Source: Myxococcales bacterium | GTDB taxonomy: Bacteria; Myxococcota_A; UBA9042 | DNA length: 64,000 bases | Direction of reading: 5' to 3' | Assembly: GCA_037441385.1 (NCBI GenBank) | Contig: JBBISH010000006.1 | Location: 1 to 64,000 of the forward strand | Shown: positions 59,563 through 64,000 of the stretch, one piece after another | Numbering within the stretch: the first letter of the stretch is position 1 | How the letters are laid out: each line of letters begins with the position of its first letter | Position numbers and translations under genes: made by a program | The notes under the pieces: model-generated | The model's input: only the letters and a program-made list of their open reading frames with translations | Told to the model about the DNA's origin: nothing | Database searches by the model: none

Positions 59563-62202
59563 ATGACCGACACTTCGCTCCCTCCCGATCCCAACGCTGA
59601 GTCCGATGTGGCCAATCTGGCTACAGAATCGGCCGACGCCCCCCTGGACTCCGCTGCTCTGGCCGCCGGGGATCCCGCCCCTGTGGCGCTGGGCGAGCTG
59701 CCGAGCGTGGCGACCAGTGGTGGGGCCAGTAAGTCCGGGTATGTCATGGCGATCTTGGCCGACGCCCTGAGCGTGCCCGCCTTTGCGCCGGACTCCCCTG
59801 GCCAGAAGAGCCGCGACCGCCTGTGGCGCTGGGGCACGATCTTTGCCGTCTTTGCCCTGTATCTGCTGAACGCGGGCAGCTTTGGCCTGTGGGATCCATG
59901 GGAAACCCACTACGGCGAAGTGACCCGAAACATGGTCGAGACCTTTGACTGGGTCAACCCATGGTGGGGCTACCAGCGCAAGATCGGCAGCGAGCCCATC
60001 GGCGGCGAGTGGTTCTACAGCAAGCCGATCTACATTTTTTGGGCCGAGTGCACCTTCATCAAGCTGATCGGCCTGACGGACTGGGCCTTCCGCTTGCCGC
60101 AAGCCCTGCTGGGCGCCAGCGCGGCCGCATCCGTCCACCTGGGCGTCGAGCGCATTGCCAGTCGTCGCCTGGCCTTCTGGTCCACGACCGTGCTGGCGCT
60201 GTCGCCCTTCTTCTACATGGTGGCCCGCCAGGCCCAGACGGACATGCCGTTCGTCGCCACGCTGACCATCGGCCTCATGCTGCTGCTGACCGCCATGCTC
60301 GGCCGCCGCCAGGTGCTGACTGCGCGCGGTTTTGCCTTTGCCACCGCGGGGTTCGTGGGGTTCATGCTGCTGAACCTGCTGCCGCAGTTCGCCATCATCG
60401 CCACCGACCTGTACGACGGCAACACGCAGGACCTGGGCTCGACGATTCAGCAAAACGGCGTCTGGCATGTGGCGCTGTTCTATGCCCCGGCCACCGTGGC
60501 GATCCTGGCGTCGGTGCTGCTGCCCGTGTTCCGCCAGCGCAAGACCGAAGCGGGTTGGAGCGACCCAGCCTTTGTCGATCGCTGGTTCCGCCGCTACCTG
60601 CTGCTTTCTGGCTACATGCTGCTGGCGCAGTCGACCTACGCCAAGGGTTTGCTGGGCTTTATGTTGCCCGGCGCCATCCTGCTGTTCTTTGTCATCGCGA
60701 CCAAGCAGTGGCGCCTGTTCAAGGTGCTGGAGCTGGCGCGCGGCGTGCCGCTGTTCTTTGTCACCGTGCTGCCCTGGTACGTGGCGATGTTCTGCCGGCA
60801 CGGCATGCCCTACTACCAGCGCTTCTTCATCCACGACCACTTCAACCGCGTGGGCGCGGGCGTGCATCAGATCGACACGGGAACCTTTGAATACTTTGTC
60901 GAGTGGCTGGGTTACGGCCTGTGGCCCTGGTCGGCCTTTGCGCCCTTGGCGGTGGTGGCCGTGCTGGCCTACGCGCGCCGCGACGACGACGACCGCCAGC
61001 CCAACGCCGATGCCCTGGAGCTGTCCGAGGCGGCGGCCCGCTTTGACCGCGCCGCGCTGCGCGACTTCCAAGTGTTCGCCCTGCTGTGGTTCCTGGTGTC
61101 GTTCATCGTCTTTACCCTGAGTTCCACGCGGTTCCACCACTACATCCTGCCCGGTGTTCCGCCGCTCGCGGCCATCACCGCGATCTTCTTGGCCAACCTG
61201 GCGCAGGATCGCCGGCCGCAGGCGCGGCTGTCGGTGGTGCTGGGTCTGGGGTTCCTGGCGCTGCTGACCGTTGGCGTCATGAGCGAATTCCAGAACTTGC
61301 GCAGTCTGTTCACCTACAAGTACGACCGCCCCATGCCCGAGAACATGCCGTTTGACTGGGGCGCGACGGTGACCTGGGCCTCGGACGGTGCGCCGCTGCA
61401 GCGCTGGGCCGAACAGCCCTTTGGTCGCCACGTTGGGCCGATGGTCGCCAACATCTTGGCCATCCAATGGTTCCGCTTCGAGACCTTCTGGAAGATCGCG
61501 GGCGGTCTGGCCGGTCTTGGCATGGTCGCCATGCTTGCCGGTCGGCTGCGGCGTCTGGGCCTTGGCCTGGTCACGGCGGCGGCGGCCCTGGCGGCGTTTT
61601 GGGCGCTGAACTACTACATGCCCAGCTTGGCGCCGCACTGGTCGCAGAAGTACCTGTTCGAAAAGTACTACGAAGACTGCCACTTGCACCCCAATCCGCA
61701 GCTCGTCCAAGAGGCGTTTACGCCGCTGGTCCGGCGCGCCGGTCTCGGGTTCGTGGCCGACTTCTTCGACGCCAAGCCCAAGCGCGTCTGCACGGAAGAC
61801 ATCGTCAGCTGGCTGATCACTTGGCGCGGCGAGACCTATTACTCGAACAACGAGATCCGGCCACTGAACAAGGCCACCCAGCTCGGGCCGTACCTGCAAG
61901 AGATGAACCGGGGCAAGACCTTCTATGCCTTGGCCGAGCGAGGTCGCACCCAGGCGTTCGAGAGCAAGGTCAAGAGCGAAAGCAAGAAGCTCCGCGACGA
62001 CGGCGTCGCCGGGTTTACCGAGATCAAGGACTGGAATTGCGACGTGATGTCGAACGACTCGGCCTACTTCGTCCTGATCAAGTGCGTCCCCTTGCAGGGC
62101 GATGCCGCCGCGCGTCCCGGCCGCCCCGAGGGGCAGCGCCCGCCGCGACCGGCCACGCCACCGCCCGCCGAAGCGCCCAGCTCGCCCAATCCCAGCTTCT
62201 GA
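59563..62202 (+). CDS. GT-C glycosyltransferase (ArnT/PMT-like, GT83/GT39)
   Basis: LWDPWETHYGEV.R.M, SKP, RLP.AL, DMPF, KG..G, PWY, YILP; many TM segments. Confidence 0.85.
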   Translation: MTDTSLPPDPNAESDVANLATESADAPLDSAALAAGDPAPVALGELPSVATSGGASKSGYVMAILADALSVPAFAPDSPGQKSRDRLWRWGTIFAVFALYLLNAGSFGLWDPWETHYGEVTRNMVETFDWVNPWWGYQRKIGSEPIGGEWFYSKPIYIFWAECTFIKLIGLTDWAFRLPQALLGASAAASVHLGVERIASRRLAFWSTTVLALSPFFYMVARQAQTDMPFVATLTIGLMLLLTAMLGRRQVLTARGFAFATAGFVGFMLLNLLPQFAIIATDLYDGNTQDLGSTIQQNGVWHVALFYAPATVAILASVLLPVFRQRKTEAGWSDPAFVDRWFRRYLLLSGYMLLAQSTYAKGLLGFMLPGAILLFFVIATKQWRLFKVLELARGVPLFFVTVLPWYVAMFCRHGMPYYQRFFIHDHFNRVGAGVHQIDTGTFEYFVEWLGYGLWPWSAFAPLAVVAVLAYARRDDDDRQPNADALELSEAAARFDRAALRDFQVFALLWFLVSFIVFTLSSTRFHHYILPGVPPLAAITAIFLANLAQDRRPQARLSVVLGLGFLALLTVGVMSEFQNLRSLFTYKYDRPMPENMPFDWGATVTWASDGAPLQRWAEQPFGRHVGPMVANILAIQWFRFETFWKIAGGLAGLGMVAMLAGRLRRLGLGLVTAAAALAAFWALNYYMPSLAPHWSQKYLFEKYYEDCHLHPNPQLVQEAFTPLVRRAGLGFVADFFDAKPKRVCTEDIVSWLITWRGETYYSNNEIRPLNKATQLGPYLQEMNRGKTFYALAERGRTQAFESKVKSESKKLRDDGVAGFTEIKDWNCDVMSNDSAYFVLIKCVPLQGDAAARPGRPEGQRPPRPATPPPAEAPSSPNPSF

Positions 62203-62417
62203 ACGGGTTGCGCTAGGTGGGGCACGGGTAGATACTCTGCAGCCACAAGGCTCCGCCGCAAGCGACCGAAGCGCGGCCTTGGGAGAAAATACCAAGGGGG
62301 CGCGCCGCCCCCTGCGACCCCCGCGCACGGCCGGCTGCACGGCCGCGTAGTCCAACATGCTGCTCGTCATCGATGCCGGCTGCCGGTAGGGCATGTTGAA
62401 CTGGGAGAACTTGAGCA

Positions 62418-63743
62418 GTGGCCAAGACCTGCCCAACCTGCCATAGCCACCACAGCGACGAGCTGGAGTTCTGTCCACTCGACGGCGCGCATCTGCAAGT
62501 GGCGCCGCCGGCCATCCATCCGCCGCCTCCGCCCGCCAACCGGGCTCGACGTCCCCCTCCGGGGCAGGCGCCCGCTATGGCGGCGTCTGGCGAAGTGTCG
62601 CACGCCCAAGGCCTGCACCGCCCAACCTTGCTCCACGTGGGCGGAATTCTGCCCGCCAATGCGCCCACGCCGGCCGCGGAACCGATCGCACCCGCCTCGA
62701 CCTTTGCCACGGCCCTGTCGCGCGGCCCAATGACCACCGATCAGGCGGTGGCCCGGCTCGAACTCATCGCCAAGCTGGTCAGCGATGCCCGTGCCGATCG
62801 CCATGGGGCGCTGACGCCCTGGCACCTGCAGTTCCTCAGCGCCGATGGCACGGGCCGGCCCAGCCTGGCCGAGCCCAGCGCCGTGACCGATCCTCTGCAG
62901 TTGGCACTCTACTCGGCCCCTGAACTCCAACAGGCCGCCGGCCAGTACACGCCAGCAACCGAAGTGTACGCGCTGGGTTGCATGCTCTTCGAGGCGATTG
63001 CCGGGCGGGTGCCGTTCCCAGGCGCCAGCCTGGCGGAGGTGCAAAAACGCCATGCCAGTGCCGCGGTTCCGGCGGTGCGCATGGTGCGCCGCGACTGCGA
63101 CCTGCCGCCCAGCCTGGAAGTGGAGATCCAGCGCGCCTTGAAGAAGCGGCCGGGCGATCGCCACCCCACCCCGCTCGCTTTTGCCGAAGCGATCCGCAGT
63201 GCCAATCGCGAAGATGACCGCGCGACCATGGCCTTTGACATGAAGAGCCCGGCCGTGCAGCGCGAGATCGCCGCGCGCTTGGCCGCCGCCGAGGCCGCCC
63301 GTGCCCCAGCGGCAGCGAACAGTTCGTCTGCGCCAGCGGTTGCCCCACCACCGGTCGCTGCGCCCGCCCCGCCAAAGAGCAACAAAGCCATGCTGATCCT
63401 GGCTCTGGTCGCCATCGTGGCGTTGGGCGTTGGCGTGGTCGTGCTCATGCAGCGCCAGCCCGAGAAGGTGGTGGTGCCGCAGCCCGTGCTGGTGCCCGTG
63501 CCCGTCGTTGCCGACGTGGTGGCGCCCGCGCCCGATGTCGCCCAACCCGACACGCAAGATACCGTGGATACAGCGGATACCGAAGACAGTCAGGACGCAG
63601 AGGACGACGCGGCGCCCGACGCTGCGGCCGAAGCGACTCGACCCAAGGCGGGCCACACCCACGCCCCCGTCAAGACCCGCGACACGCCGCCGGACACCAA
63701 GACCGAAGAGCCCAAGAAGGGGAATCACCCCGCGGTGTTCTGA
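62418..63743 (+). CDS. Membrane-anchored Ser/Thr pseudokinase with N-terminal Zn-ribbon
   Basis: CPTC...FCPLDG; HGALTP in place of HRDLKP; YSAPE, EVYALG..LFE...GRVPF, ALKKRPGDR; TM segment and acidic tail. Confidence 0.75.
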   Translation: MAKTCPTCHSHHSDELEFCPLDGAHLQVAPPAIHPPPPPANRARRPPPGQAPAMAASGEVSHAQGLHRPTLLHVGGILPANAPTPAAEPIAPASTFATALSRGPMTTDQAVARLELIAKLVSDARADRHGALTPWHLQFLSADGTGRPSLAEPSAVTDPLQLALYSAPELQQAAGQYTPATEVYALGCMLFEAIAGRVPFPGASLAEVQKRHASAAVPAVRMVRRDCDLPPSLEVEIQRALKKRPGDRHPTPLAFAEAIRSANREDDRATMAFDMKSPAVQREIAARLAAAEAARAPAAANSSSAPAVAPPPVAAPAPPKSNKAMLILALVAIVALGVGVVVLMQRQPEKVVVPQPVLVPVPVVADVVAPAPDVAQPDTQDTVDTADTEDSQDAEDDAAPDAAAEATRPKAGHTHAPVKTRDTPPDTKTEEPKKGNHPAVF

Positions 63744-63756
63744 TCGCCACGCGCGC

Positions 63757-64000
63757 CTACGGCGTCGAGTTCAGCCACTCGCTGCCGTCCGTGCTCGTCT
63801 CTTTCTTCCAGATCGGCACGCGCGCTTTCAGTTCGTCGATGACGAATTGGCAGGCATCAAAGGCCTCTTTGCGGTGGGCCGCGCCGCAGGCGATCGACAC
63901 AGCTACTTCGCCGATCTGCAGCACGCCCAGCCGGTGGATCACGCGCACATCGCACAGGCCGAAGCGCTCGATCGCCTCGCCGCAGATGCGCTCCATTTCC
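63757..64000 (-). CDS. moaE: Molybdopterin synthase catalytic subunit (5' part outside the window)
   Basis: HRLG.L.IGE, AHRKEAF, IDELKARVPIWKKE. Confidence 0.9.
   Translation of the reverse strand, partial: EMERICGEAIERFGLCDVRVIHRLGVLQIGEVAVSIACGAAHRKEAFDACQFVIDELKARVPIWKKETSTDGSEWLNSTP

Overview
High-GC bacterial chromosomal segment, most likely from a Myxococcota/deltaproteobacterial lineage (inferred from the many Cys-rich lipoproteins, an FHA-sigma54 activator and a Zn-ribbon Ser/Thr kinase-like protein). Most genes are housekeeping: dnaN-recF-murA-proB, pfkA, pyk, pyrG, rsmI, PFOR/nifJ, tldD/pmbA, trmL, rluD, moaE. Main unusual items: (1) a probable replication origin (phased DnaA boxes plus a box-GGCC-trio-like unwinding element) upstream of dnaN, where a sensor kinase occupies the usual dnaA position and gyrB is also absent; (2) a ~132-bp TA-bounded, structured dispersed repeat in 4 copies, one nested inside a second ~185-bp repeat family and one beside the putative origin with an exact 3x13-bp expansion; (3) a small accessory island with convergent hicB/hicA, a sigma54-promoter-driven stand-alone HRDC gene, vapBC and an inverted REP pair; (4) a cluster of B12 radical SAM, two paralogous 10-Cys-module lipoproteins and an AsnB amidotransferase, divergent from tldD/pmbA, which is a candidate uncharacterised modification system; (5) a diheme cytochrome c-rhodanese fusion and an N-lobe-less pseudokinase. 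No rRNA, tRNA, CRISPR array or transposase was seen. All calls come from reading motifs by eye; no database searches were run.
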